DNA of 64,000 bases from Eledone cirrhosa (lineage: Eukaryota): assembly GCA_964016885.1 (NCBI GenBank), contig OZ024744.1, forward strand, positions 42,160,001 through 42,224,000, read 5' to 3'. This document shows, piece after piece, positions 14,250 to 26,860 of the stretch (position 1 is the stretch's first letter; each line of letters begins with the position of its first letter). Under the pieces are notes generated by a model that saw nothing but the letters and a program-made list of their open reading frames with translations, had not been told where the DNA came from and ran no database searches. Both the position numbers and the translations under genes were made by a program.

Positions 14250-14834
14250 GAGTAGAGCCTAGCACCTGCCCTTGTGTTTTCAATTAAAATAGCTGAAACT
14301 GCCAGTCAAAACAATTAGTTAATATAAATATTTTCAACTTTTCTTACATTACATCATATTTACATCCCAATGTCTCTGTTCTGGGTGATATCCCACTATA
14401 ATCAACTTTGTTCATCATCCATATGGAGTAAATAAAATAAAAATACGTATGATATATTGGAGTCAATTAATGTGACTGGAGCTCCCTCCTCATCCCTAAC
14501 TCTACTCCCACGGATACAGCTTAGTATTTTTAGAGGACGTATATATATACAGGGGCCGCCGTCCAAGTAATAACACCACGTGTTTGGCCAGCTTCCTGTA
14601 TAAATAAAAGAAATTTTTTTTCAGAAAGTTATTGGATTCTTCCAAATTTAAAGGATTTTTTGGGGGAACTTTTAATGTTTTTATGTTTTGCCATCTGAAG
14701 AGTTCAGACTATCATAGTCCTCAGTGAAATATGTATAACAGTATTTTAGATAAACCTGAATCAACTCAATATGGCCTCTGAACTTTTATTAATATATATA
14801 TACATATAAAGTTTGCTTGTATTAACCACAGTTA

Positions 14835-15090
14835 TGGATGAGTATGGCTAAATGGTTAAGGAGTTCACTTCACAATCACTAGGTCCCAGTTTCAATACTG
14901 CTGTATGGCATCTTAGGCAAGTCATTTAACATAGCCTCAAGTCAACCCAAACATTGTGAGCGAAATTGGGTAGGTGCTGAATCTCCCTGAGATTAGGGAC
15001 TTTAAGGATATATGTGTAGAATGCACAGCTATTTTCACAGTAATTTCATGAGCAGGCTGTTCTGTTGTTAGAACAATATTGGAACACTTA
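14835..15090 (+). mobile_element. tRNA-derived CORE-like SINE (decayed)
   Basis: TGGCTAAATGG A-box; CATCTTAGGCAAGTCATTT CORE-like motif; related fragment at 36660-36770. Confidence 0.65.
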
Positions 15091-15362
15091 TTATAGAAGA
15101 AGAAGAAGAAGAAGAAATAGTAGTAGTAAAATCTAGGTGGATATTAATGACGGTCAACTAAAAATAGCATATGAACATGTTTACAAACACATATATGAAT
15201 TCAATTGTTTCCTGTATAGTTTTCAAAACAACCATGGAAGTGTCTAGAGAATGACTTGTGTAGGAGTAGGCAATAATTTATAGTAAGATTTCATTCTGGA
15301 ATAGCCCTTCTCACTTCAGAGAAACCTTAAGATGTGCTTTATGTTCAAATTAACATTATGAG

Positions 15363-15443
<81 letters not shown>

Positions 15444-15469
15444 TGTATTAAACAACATAAGATAATTAT

Positions 15470-15531
15470 TTCATTTACCAGTGGTTTCTTGAAGGCAGAT
15501 ATTTATATCTCTCTTCAGTCATCAGAATGAA
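15470..15531 (-). ncRNA. Type I hammerhead ribozyme (family B)
   Basis: UUCAUU-CUGAUGA-[CUGAAGAGAGAUAUAAAUAUCUGCCUUCAA]-GAAA-CCACUGG-UA-AAUGAA. Confidence 0.75.
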
Positions 15532-15558
15532 TAAATAACATGGTGTTTTTATTAAATA

Positions 15559-16153
15559 CTAGCAGTGATACCCGGCGTTGCACGGGATAAGGTATTTTGG
15601 AACGCGGGCCGCCAACAGACCTAATCGTGGAAAAACTGCATGCCTGGACAATATGTAAAGGAAATAAACCGAATACTCTGATGGCTGGATAATCTTTAAG
15701 ATTTTACTCGATGAAGCAGGAAAAATGCAGGTTTTCACCATATGCGGGCCCTAGGGATCAAGAAAATGAATGTTTTTATGTGCATAATGTGCCTTGAAAT
15801 TTCGGGGAAATCGGCTAGAAGTAACGCCTCAAAAAAGCCATAAAAAGATGAAAAAATGAAGTTTTTCACCTAATGCGGGCCCTAGGCCATAAAAAAGTTG
15901 AATTTTCTTTGCTCACGGTATGAAGAAGAGACTGACTAATACATAGTTACAATTTCAAGGAAATCAGTCTGATGTAACGCCTCAAAAAAATTCTAAAAAC
16001 CTGAAACATCGCAGTTTTTCTCCTAATGCGGGCCCTACGGATCAAAAAGTTGAATTTTTTTATGTGCATAACACTCCCTGAAACAAGTAATACACATGTA
16101 AAGTTTGAAAAGAATCGGTTGGGTATTTCTGGATTTTTAGGGATTCAAACTCA

Positions 16154-16218
<65 letters not shown>

Positions 16219-16348
16219 TACACCACACCACACCTCACACACACACAGAGACATCCTCAGGGAAGTGACGTAATGCAGACAGCTATTATAAGGGCGCGAC
16301 GTTATATGTATGTATCTAAAAAGAGAAAGACTAAGAATTATAGAGAGA
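15559..16348 (-). mobile_element. Non-autonomous Helitron
   Basis: Minus strand starts A^TCTCTCTATAAT, ends CCCGTGCAACGCCGGG hairpin + CTAG^T; internal (CA)n and subrepeats; homologous to 55498-56227. Confidence 0.85.
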
Positions 16349-16453
16349 TCGCTAAATCGCCTAATGTGGTCCCTAGGGCATTGAAATATTTTTATTAAAT
16401 ATGGATTACATAATAATAATAATCCATATTTAATAAAAAGACCATGTAATTTA

Positions 16454-16515
16454 TTCATTCTGACGACTGAAGACAGATATAAATATCTGCCTTCAAGAAA
16501 CCACTGGTAAATGAA
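16454..16515 (+). ncRNA. Type I hammerhead ribozyme (family B)
   Basis: UUCAUU-CUGACGA-[CUGAAGACAGAUAUAAAUAUCUGCCUUCAA]-GAAA-CCACUGG-UA-AAUGAA; 6-bp stem I, long stem II, GUA triplet. Confidence 0.8.
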
Positions 16516-16719
16516 ATAATTATCTTATGTTGTTTATTACATAACTAATAAGCCCTGTAGCCTACACAGAGCACTCTCTTTTCCTTTACCTTTCCTATGG
16601 AAATACTTCATTTATATATATATATATGTAAATTCATAGGGATATATGTATATATTTAGACATATATTTAGACATAGTCACAGATACATATGAGTGTGGC
16701 TACCTTTCACTGTGTTACT

Positions 16720-17232
16720 CAATGAAGAATTAATTAAGCAAATAATTATTAATCAGAGCTATATATAAAATTGCAAGTTTGAAGAATTATTAGATAAAAT
16801 GTACACAGTCTTTCCTCTCCCTAGTCCGTATAAATCAACTACATAAATATTCATTTAAACGAGGCTATAAGTTTAAAATGTAACTATGAAGAAATAATAG
16901 ACAAATGATACAGACTGTTTTCCACTAGGAACAGTCAGATACAATTTACCTAGTTATTTCTTTTAGCCCGTAGAAATTAACTAGACAAATAATCAATTAA
17001 ACGGAGCTAGGTCTAAAATATAAGTTAGAAGAAAAAATGCATATAAACTTTACCAAAATTCCTCTAGTCCCGACTGTCGACAGTTTCGCTCGTTCTTTGT
17101 GGAACCTGGTATTATCCATGAGGCTTCGAGCTTATCAAGAGACTCCGCAAGTTTGGACTTACATTTCTACAATGATCACCGCCTGAAATGAATTAAAAAA
17201 TGACTAAGAATCATCACATGGCTAGTGGTCTA
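16720..17232 (-). mobile_element. Hammerhead-bearing repeat, diverged relative of family C
   Basis: Shares GAATTATTAGATAAAAT and AAAAATG(A/G)CTAAGAATC blocks with 19180-20185; carries a decayed hammerhead. Confidence 0.6.
17066..17144 (-). ncRNA. Decayed type I hammerhead (core UUGAUAA)
   Basis: AGUCUC-UUGAUAA-GCUCG...CGAGC-GAAA-CUGUCGACAG-UC-GGGACU; all stems intact, palindromic stem III, two core substitutions. Confidence 0.65.
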
Positions 17233-17234
17233 TA

Positions 17235-18058
17235 TGTAGGAAAGCAACTGGCATAAATTCCATAAAATGTACGCAATGCAGATCTTGGGTACACAAGAAA
17301 TGTAGTGGTATATCAGGCAAATTAACAGGTAGGGAAAACTACGTATGCAGTAGAAGTACAGGGAAAGTTGGCAGTAGTAATTGCTGTGATAGACTCATTT
17401 TTCCAATGCAGGTGGGTTCTATAGAAGTGGTTGATAGCTTCCAGTACCTAGGTGATCAGATTAGCATGGGTGGGGGTGTTACGAGGCCATAGTATCTAGA
17501 ATAAGGACGGGTTGGAAGAAGTTTAGGGAGCTGCTTCCTCTGTGGACAAAGAAGGGTTTCTTCCTGCATACGAAAGGACGGTTATAGGATGCCTGTGTGA
17601 GATGCGCGATGCTGCATGGTAGTGAGACATGGGCAGCAACTGCAGAGGATATGCGACGGCTGGAGAGAAATGAAGCAAAAATGCTCCGCTGGATGTGCAA
17701 TGTCAATGTGCCTGAACGACCAAGCATGGATGTGTTGAGAAAGAAACTGGGTATAAGAGGGATAAGTTGTGGTGTGCAGGAGAGAAGGCTGAGATGATAT
17801 GGACATGTGATGTGCAGGGAGGATGATCGCTGGGTGAAGAAGTGCCAGGAATTCCCAGTGGAGCGAAGACGCAGTAGAGGTAGACCACGTAAAACATGGG
17901 CGGAGGTGGTGAGAGCAGACCTCAGATCGCTGAAACTCACCGAGGAAAAGACGAAGGACCGTGACAAATGGAGAGATGTTGTGCTGAATAGGACCCGTTC
18001 AACCCTTGCAAGCAGGGAAAAGCGGACGTAAAATGATGATGATGATGATGATAATGAT
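17235..18058 (+). mobile_element. RTE LINE 3' fragment (family B) with (TGA)n tail
   Basis: AMLHGSETWA...ERRLR; RGRPRKTWAEVV; ends GGAAAAGCGGACGTAAAA(TGA)n. Confidence 0.92.
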
Positions 18059-18061
18059 GTA

Positions 18062-18112
<51 letters not shown>

Positions 18113-18117
<5 letters not shown>

Positions 18118-18235
18118 GGTGTGTGGCTGAGTGATTAGAGAATTGGATTCGCAATCGGGAGGTTGTGAGTTCGATTCCTGGACTGGGTGATGCGTTATGT
18201 CTTTGAGCAAGACACTTTATTTCACGTTGCTCCTT
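18113..18235 (+). mobile_element. tRNA-derived SINE
   Basis: TGGCTGAGTGA A-box, GAGTTCGATTC B-box, TCTTTGAGCAAGACACTT central motif. Confidence 0.85.
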
Positions 18236-19116
18236 CTACCTGGAGTTGCGACCGATATTAGCAATTGAGACCGGTATTAGCAATTGGAAAGACCAATGGA
18301 AACGTTGTTTCCTCGGTCCGATTTGACGAAAGTCGATCGTTCCATCATCATCATCGTTTAACTTCTATCTTTCACACTAGCATGGGTTTATACACACACA
18401 CATATATATATATTTATATATATATATATATATATAAACACATACTGCACATACATATACATTCCCTTTAACAATCAGCCATTTTTTTTTATCTTTACTT
18501 TTTTTTTATATATTTGTTTCCACCCTATTTTTTTATCAGTTGTTTTCATGTCTGTCTGTCATTCTTCCTATTTCTCTAGCAATATGATTCCATTTTTGTT
18601 ATAAATCTCTCTCTCTCTCTCTCTCTCTCTTTCTATCTCATCTTCAAGATAGAGAAAAAGGGTGAGAAAGAGAGAGAGGGAGAGAGAGAGAGAGAGAGGT
18701 GTATATGAAAACATATATGGACATAATGTTTATATACAATAAACATATCGGTAGCTTCCCTGCTGAAGAAAAATATTTTTTCATTGCAAAATTTCCAATC
18801 GATGTTTTCTATTCGATATTTTCTATCGATGTTTTCTATCGATGTTTTCTATATAGTAAAACACTATATAGGCGCTAATCTAATTCACACCAGTATGGAT
18901 AGATTAAATGTCACTGATGAAAAATTAACAATTCTTGAAACAGCACTGAATACATTCTCAAAACATCCTGAAGAATAAAAAATCTTTTTCTTATGAAATA
19001 ATATTTTTCTTCGGCATCTTGTCTACTCATGTGTCTATTGTATATAAACGTATAATATATGTTTATATTTTTTTTCATGTACACCTTAAATATGCTTAAA
19101 CACTGTCTTAGCGCTA

Positions 19117-19179
<63 letters not shown>

Positions 19180-19187
<8 letters not shown>

Positions 19188-20177
19188 TAAATCATGTCTT
19201 TAGAATTATTAGATAAAATATATACCGTTTCTTCTTCCAATTAGCTTAATTAACCATATAAAAAATCAATTAGAGTAAGCTATAAGAAGAAAGGCTCTTA
19301 TGAAGAAATCTTCGACAAATAACCGAAAGTGGCCTCTTCGCGGTGGCCCCAATATAGTATATTTATCCAACATTTCGACAGCATGTGGAAACTGACTAAA
19401 TATATCATCAACCATACACAATTAGGTGTAAAATTAAACTTAGAAGAAATGTGTACATACCGTAATTATATCTCTACCATGGTTTCATCCGTATTTTTAG
19501 ACATCCAATTAATAGGAATGTCCTGAGTTAGGATTCATCAGGAGACAAACTAAAAATCAGACATCTAGTTTTTCAACCTGATCGCGCCGAAATTAGATTC
19601 AAAAATGGCTAAGAATCGCTATGTGGCTGTGGTCAAGCTAGAAAGAATGTGATTGGCTGCTTACGGCGGGTAGGCTTGTTGCTAGAAAGCGCAGCCAAAT
19701 ATCGCCAAATTTAATCTCAACCTAACGGGAGATTATTAAATATAAAGTTTTACATATACATAAAGTTATAGATATATATGTTGCAACCGGTCACTTTTAA
19801 GCTCTATAAAGAATTAATAAATTAAATAATCAGAACAATATATCATAAATCATCTCCTTAGAATTATTAGATAAAATATATACCGTTTCTTCTTCCAATT
19901 AGCTATATTGGGGCCACCGCGACGAGGCCACTTTCGGTTATTTGTCGAAGATTTCTTCATAAGAGCCTTTCTTCTTATAGCTTGGTCTAAGTGATTTTTT
20001 ATATGGTTAATTATGCTAATTGGAAGAAGAAACGGTATATATTTTATCTAATAATTCTAAAGACGTGATTTATGATATATTGCTCTGATTATTTAATTTA
20101 TTAATTCTTCATAGAGCTTAAAAGTGACCGGTTGCAACATATATACATATATATCTATAACTTTATGTATATGTAAA

Positions 20178-20185
<8 letters not shown>
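19180..20185. mobile_element. Hammerhead-bearing partial-tandem plus inverted element, family C, between (TA)n tracts
   Basis: Direct repeat with ~658-nt period (GAATTATTAGATAAAATATATACC at 19203 and 19861); 19903-20185 is the reverse complement of 19180-19356 and 19740-19902. Confidence 0.8.
19469..19547 (-). ncRNA. Type I hammerhead ribozyme (family C), intact core
   Basis: UGUCUC-CUGAUGA-AUCC...GACAUUCC..GGAUGUC...GGAU-GAAA-CCAUGG-UA-GAGAUA; palindromic stem III, GUA triplet. Confidence 0.85.
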
Positions 20186-20240
<55 letters not shown>

Positions 20241-20243
<3 letters not shown>

Positions 20244-22055
20244 GAGAATAAATGGGAGAAAGACAGTCTCCCCGACATCGATCCAATAGAGGGACCAGCA
20301 GTGTTAGTTGAAGGTAGTATAATAAGTAAGGCAATCAAAGATATGAAGACGGGTAAGGGGGCTGGGCCTTCGGAAATAGTTGCTGAAATGCTGAAAGCTT
20401 CTGGAACGGTGGGACACACCATGGTCACCCGGATAGTAAACGAAGTCATACAGAATGGGGTTGTTCCGAAGGACTGGCGTAGCATCATCATCATTAACTG
20501 CTACAAGGGTAAAGGAGATGCCATAGATAGGGGAAACTATAGAGGCATTAAATTAATTGACCAGGTCATGAAGGTCACAGAAAAAGTAATAGCGCAACTA
20601 AAACAACGAATATAGTGAAGATTTTAGCGTAAAAGTTGGTGTTCATCAGGGCTCCGTCCTTATCCCCCTCCTATTTATTATTGCCCTTCAGGCTATAACA
20701 GCGGAGTTCAAGACCGGCTGCCCATGGGAACTCCTATACGCTGATGATCTAATGCTTATAGCTGAATCAATGGCCGAACTAGAGAAGAAATTCCAAACAT
20801 GGAAGCATGGCCTAGAATCAAGAGGCCTTAAAATTAACCTGTCTAAGACTAAAGTGCTAGTATGTAGTAATGAAAATAGGGCACTGGTCCCATCTGGGAA
20901 ATGGCCATGCTCAGTGTGTAGGAAAGGAGGAGGCAGAAACTCCATTTTATGTCCCAAATGCAAAGTATGGGTGCATAAAAGATGTAGTGGTATCACAGGT
21001 AAGCTAACTAAGAACATAGATTTTACATGTGGCCGGTGCTCTGGTGCAATAAGTAGCAGAAAGTGCCCACAGAATACTAGCTCATTCCATTGCACAGATG
21101 GTTCTATAGAAATAGTGGACACCTTCTGTTACCTGGGTGACAAAATCAGCAGTGGTGGAGGGTGCTCTGAAAGTACAGTAGCTAGAGTCAGAACGGGATG
21201 GAAAAAGTTCAGAGAGCTTATACCACTATTGGCCGCTAAAGGTTTCTCTCTAAAAATGAAAGGCAGGCTGTATGATGCCTGCATACGAACAGCAATGTTA
21301 CATGGCAGTGAGACTTGGGCATTGTGTGCAGAGGATATACGCAGACTGGAGAGGAACGAAGCTTGCATGCTCCGTTGGATGTGTAATAAGTGAACGGGAA
21401 AGCATAAATGAACTAAGTGAGAAATTAGGAATAAGTGGGATCAGATGCTGTTTACTCGAGAGAAGACTACGTTGGTATGGTCATGTGATGCGCATGAAAG
21501 ACGACAGCTGTATAAAAAAAGTGCAGGGCTAGACGGTAGCCACGGAGTAGGCAGACCCAGAAAAACCTGGGACGACTTGATAAATTCCGACCGCCCACAC
21601 TTACACCTCTCCAAGACAGAGACCTTTGGCGCTACGCAGTAATACAGAAGACCCGCCTTGCCTAAGTGCAAAGCGAAACCTACAGTCAGTAGGCACCTCT
21701 TACCAAAATACACCCCGTCCCACTACCCCCACACCATCCACACCACCCATTTTGATGTAAAGTTATGTTGGTACCACAACATCCAGTCCGAAACAAATGA
21801 GGTCGTGTAGGTGTCACGACAAAAAAAACACACAGCCAACGCTGTAATGTGACCGTGTAGGTAACACGTAAAAACCTCCCAGTCGACACTGTAAACGTGG
21901 TTGGTGTTAGGAAGGGCATCCAGCCGTAGAACACCCGCCAGACAGTCCTATACGAGCAAGACTACCAATCTTGCCTCAAGTGGGAAAATTCCCGTCCAAA
22001 CCCATGCAAGCGTGGAAGATGGACGTTAAACGATGATGATGATGATGATGATGAT
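20241..22055 (+). mobile_element. 5'-truncated RTE LINE (family A) with an internal RT deletion near 20615
   Basis: NYRGIKL, ELLYADDL, PHD-like CxxC cluster, LHGSETW, LRWYGHV; (GAT)n tail. Confidence 0.93.
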
Positions 22056-22079
22056 ATATATATATATATAAAAGAAAAT

Positions 22080-22225
22080 TTCACTCTACATGGCTGTTCG
22101 TATGCCAACATAAGAGCAAGAATGAAGTGTTCATTCTCCTGACATGGCTATAAAATTGAGGCTTGTTTGCAAAATTGCAAACGAATCGAATGTTTTTATT
22201 AATATTCGAAAAACTCAGATTACAC
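22080..22225 (+). repeat. Short fragment of family A, again between (TA)n tracts
   Basis: CACTCTACATGGCTG followed by the opposite-orientation end of the unit (…GAAAAACTCAGATTAC). Confidence 0.75.
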
Positions 22226-22712
22226 ATATATATATAGAGATATATATAATTTAAATTTAAAAGATATATTTACAGAAAGAGAAAAAGTCATTTGAGAACC
22301 ATATCGTATTTTGTACACATATATAATAAAAATAATATTCTAGAAAAATTACATACTTCAAGGTGGAAAAAATTATATCTTCCTTACAGTACTATTTCTT
22401 AGTAAAAAAAAAAAAAAGACAAAAGAAAAATCGATCTAAGCAATTGACTATTGATTACCAGCTATCAATTCTGGTAAAGTCAACAGAAGACAAAAAACTA
22501 ATCATCAGAGGAAATTGTATTTACACTGTACAAAATACCCTCACATCTGTTGAGAGGAGAGAGTTTGTCAAAGCTTCTACTCCTCATGGTGTCAAAATAT
22601 ATCTTTTAAATTTGAATTATTGATGCTCTAAACTAAGGTCTATTCAGCTTATTTAATGAGAAACATGGTCATCATAAATATTAAATATGTTTATTTTATA
22701 TATATATATATA

Positions 22713-23075
22713 AAGTGATCATGTAGGTGTCACAACAAAAAGCACCCAGCCCACACTGTAAAGTGGACATGTAAAATACACAACAAAAAGCACCCAGCCC
22801 ACACTGTAAATGTGGTTGGTATTAGGAGGGTCATCTAGCCGTAGAAAACTAGCTCCAAAACACCCAGCCCACACTGTACAGCGGATGTGTAAAAGACACG
22901 GCAAAAAGCACCCACTGTCAATGTGGTTGGCGTTAGGAAGGGCATCTAGCTGTAGTAAAGCATCCAGAGACTCTCCTATATGAGTGAGACCCAACTTGCC
23001 TTTAAATGGGACAAACACGTCTAACTCATGTTAGCGTGGAAGATAGACATTAATCGATGATTATGGTGATGATGA
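22713..23075 (+). mobile_element. RTE family A 3'-tail derivative with internal tandem repeats
   Basis: Repeated AAAAGCACCCAGCCCACACTGTAAA; ends GCGTGGAAGATAGACATTAA + (GAT)n, like 21800-22055. Confidence 0.75.
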
Positions 23076-25472
23076 TATATATATATATATAAGAAAAAAA
23101 TATATACATATATATATATATTAGAAAAATATATATATATATTAGAAAAAAAAAAATTTTTTTAGAAAAAACCTAGGTTATGAATTTACATTTATTCCTT
23201 TATTTTTACATCTGTTTCAATACAGTTATAATGTTATATGCATTTGTCGAACAACTAGAAATTATTTGTTAAAAATTAAACACATCATACATATTACCTA
23301 TAATCTGTATTTCCTCAGGAAATTTACAGAGAATAAATAAGGTATAAATAAAGCTTAACAACCTCATAAGTTTTAAAGAGCAAAAACACAATATCAAAAA
23401 CGTTTAGCATACAACAAACAGTTAGATTCAAAGGCATGTCATGATTATGGAAATTTTTTAAAAAGCTATGCTAATTTCGATATCATTACAATTTAGAGTT
23501 GTTAGTTAATTGACTCTATAGGAGTGGAAACTTATCTAATAGAGTGGATGAATTTATGTACTGTTTATTTATTTAGAATTTTGTTATTATTTTTCTTTAT
23601 ATAGGTGGAATAAAGTTTGTTAATTAAGTCGTAGGAAAATTTGTAAAAGGCAATGGCAGACACATATAGTTAGTTAGCATAATATGTAAAGAAAATGATA
23701 TAGAAAAAAATATATACATATATTAAATATATATTGCACATGTAAAGATTACCATATTATCTAGTCAGGTTTAAATACTAACAGAAAATATTTCTTTCTA
23801 TTTAATATTTTTCCTTTGTTTTAAGCAGGTTAATAATATTTTTCTATATAAAGCAAAGTTGTCTCCTATTGAAACGAAGCAAGAGTGTATTTGAATACAT
23901 ATAAAACTGAGACAACTCATCGCTAGAACAGCCATTAAAATACCTAAATGCAGTGAAAGTCAGCAATAGGCAAACATGTTTCAGAGTACAGAGACCAGCA
24001 GCCAGTGATCAACAGAGAGACAATTCACAAAATGGGTGACAGATAGATGAAATATAGGAAAGATTGAAAGAGAAGGGTGAAGATGTGTGTGTGTAAACTT
24101 GTCTTCTACATAGTCTTTCTTTATTTCCTTGTTCCAGTCACTTCTGTCACCAGTGCACTCCTCCCTGTCTTCTTCCTCCTCCTCCTTTCCATCTTTTCTA
24201 TATTTCATCTGCCTGTGGATTGTCTCTCTGTTGACCACTGACCAATGGTCTCTGTCTTCTGAGACATTTTTTCCCATCATGATGTAGTAAAACACTCCCT
24301 GGCATGCAGAACCCCAGAATCAAACCTCCTCATGGTCCCAGCATATAATAGCTTATATAGTTCATATACAATAGTTTGTATATAGTGTATAGAAGTTTTA
24401 TATTGTATATAACAGTATAATTTTAAATCAATCCTGCCATCAAACCAACTCCATTCGGTGAAGGTAGGAAAGATGTTGAATACACTAAGTATATTATGGC
24501 AGTGATACAACATACTATTCATGAATTTATTAAAGTGACAATTTACTACCCTTCTAAAAACTCCCTAAATCATCATCTGTACAAGATATTGAGTTAAGGA
24601 ACGAGAATTTAGTCACCAACAATACCCCTAAATTGTACATGCTCTCACCACACAAACAGGAAATTCTCTAACACTACTTTTGATAAGACAACCAAATATG
24701 AGAGACAAGCAAAATTCGACACTTGGAAAGCTGTATTTTTTTTTTGTTTGTTTGTTTTCTGCTGTTTTTTTTTTTTTTGTAAAAGTAAAAATAAATGTGT
24801 CTTAGACAATTGACCAATTTCTCAGCTCAAATTTATCTCAAATACCACCAAGTTCATGAATGGTGTGAACATAACCAACATTATTTTATCTTTCTATTCA
24901 ACATTGTGTCTATATAAAAGAGGATGCAAAGTATATGAATAAATCAAGTAAATCTTCCAAAATATATTAAAGAATTGTGTCCTCTTTCCTGTAACACCTT
25001 TTGGAATTTTGTTAGAGGTAATAACTAAAGTAACTAGAGCTAGTACACAGAAAGATAACAGTAAATTTGATAATGTAATATTCACAGATGTTATATCGAA
25101 TCCTGAAATAACTTAACAGATTTAGATGAATCTTACACAAAACTCAGCATCCAAGTTGTGAACACAAATTAAGTAAATACATCAGATCTATCAACTACAA
25201 ATATTATTTTGATGAGAATGGATTTAACAAATATTGCATTATCTATGGAACACAGTCACATATAGACTACAAGAACAGATATATTATGTATTACATAGGG
25301 GAGATGTTCACTGAATCTAAAATAGAAGAGGCAGTGAAACATAAGTGAAAAGGTTTAATGAACTTTGAAATACATGCATAAAAATTATACGTGTATTCTA
25401 CCAACATGCTATTTAACAACTGTGATAACTCCATTAGTAATTTTGGTATAGATATCACAACAAAATATCCCC

Positions 25473-25680
25473 CAAGGCAGTGGATTGGCAGTATCGGTAG
25501 TGTGTCGAACAACATAATTTATGGCATAGAGTTAAGTCTCTTTGCGTTCTGAGTCCAAACCCTTGCCTTTCATCCTTACGGGATCAAAAAATAAAGTACC
25601 AGTAACACACTTGGGTCGATTCAATTGGTTTTCCTCTTTCCCAAAATTGCTGGCCTTGTGCCCAAATCAGAAACTAATAT
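25473..25680 (+). mobile_element. tRNA-derived SINE with a GCCTTTCATCCTTACGGG...AAAGTACCAG central block
   Basis: Same family at 33195-33320(+), 33473-33567(-), 40115-40500(+), 41245-41437(-), 42868-43025(-), 51538-51637(-). Confidence 0.85.
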
Positions 25681-25744
25681 ATCGCCAAACAATTACTGTT
25701 ATAATGTATCACTAATGCAGTCAGCTGTTGCAGTAATCTGCTAG

Positions 25745-25985
25745 CTTCAGCATTCAGTCATCAGAAAAAGGGAAGTAGGTGTAAAAGCCAAGCTCACTTT
25801 TTTCAATTCGGTATTCATGCCTACACTTACCTATGGTTTTCAATCTTGATTGATGACTGAAAAAATACAATCGCGGATACAAGCAGCCAAAATGGAGTTC
25901 CCCTGAAAGGTCTTTAGAGTAATGTTACTCAATAGATTGTGTAACTTGGAGATCAGTGAGTTGCGCCAGGAAGAGCCACTACTAT
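25745..25985 (+). mobile_element. RTE-like LINE fragment
   Basis: KLTFFNSVFMPTLTYGF...MTEKIQSRIQAAKMEF. Confidence 0.65.
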
Positions 25986-26039
25986 GGGCATTACATGAGG
26001 CACCAATCTTTGGCCACAATACATTGGGAATAGAGTCAG

Positions 26040-26860
26040 TTCTTCCTCAAATAGCCTATGTATGGAATGAGATCTAGATACGCAACAGATGCAGAGAGGG
26101 CAGCGCCAAATACATTAGCATGGAAGAATTCCAAAGAATTCCCACAAAAAATGGCTACCCAACCGCTCTCACCAAACATTGAGATACCAAAGCATCACCT
26201 AAGAGAACAAGGAGGACACACATCGCTAGGGATAGCATATGCTATCTAAAACTGCCGCATTATTTCAATGAGAGAATGACCACTGCCATCTGACAAGCTA
26301 TCTGTAGGGAGGGTCTGAACATACACCTGGCATGCTCAGGAATCTCCCTGAGGGGACTACTTTCCAAACTGCAACCAGCAAATATATGCACAGTTTGTAA
26401 CTGTCTCATCAACAAAACAGAAGTGTACATGAGAATATATGTGGTTTACAGGGTCTCATGCAGATGATGTGGTTCCTCATACATTGGAAGTACTATCTAG
26501 ATGTTACATATATGCATGAAGGAAGACATGACTATGAGAGCTTCCACTGTCAAAAACATCTTGATAAATGCCGCAACCGATACTTTGATATTACCATAGA
26601 GGTAATGGAGAGGAATGTGAGGAACTCAAGAATTAAGAAAGCATTAATTACAAACACACAGAAACCAGTAATGAACCATAAAATGAAGCTACAGGGAGCA
26701 GAATGGCTTTAAAACTGTTCCACGCATGCACAATCCACACAAATAGTACATGAAATATCATTGAAGGAAAACACATCGGTTTTCGTTTTCGTTTTCACAA
26801 GGTTTTTACCTTGAAATATTGTGATGAAATACACTGGGTAAGAAAACATTATTTTGTTTT
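26040..26860 (+). mobile_element. Penelope-like element relic: RT C-terminus + GIY-YIG endonuclease + 3' region
   Basis: KNGYP, LKLPHYF, then YVVYRVSCR*CGSSYIGST...KHLDKC...KPVMN; decayed hammerhead-like GTGATGA..GAAA at ~26820. Confidence 0.8.

Larger units (their letters stand above)
15438..16612. mobile_element. Hammerhead-bearing inverted-repeat element, family B, between (TA)n tracts
   Basis: ~120-bp arms at 15438-15558 and 16427-16547 are near-perfect inverted repeats, each holding a hammerhead. Confidence 0.75.

Noticed and set aside
15546-16401. 13-bp direct repeat TTTTTATTAAATA as a TSD around the Helitron
   Set aside because: The Helitron ends fit a clean A^T insertion; the repeat is explained by the inverted/hairpin structure of the family B host
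18113-18190. tRNA gene
   Set aside because: A/B boxes are present but there is no full cloverleaf, and it continues into a SINE body; the same holds for the other tRNA-like heads
23981-24295. 104-aa acidic ORF
   Set aside because: Driven by a purine-rich low-complexity tract; no motif and no clear splice context
26455-26475. In-frame TGA in the GIY-YIG CxxC region as possible selenocysteine
   Set aside because: The TGA is at a spacer position, not a cysteine position, and the ORF has other stops and frameshifts; ordinary decay is sufficient
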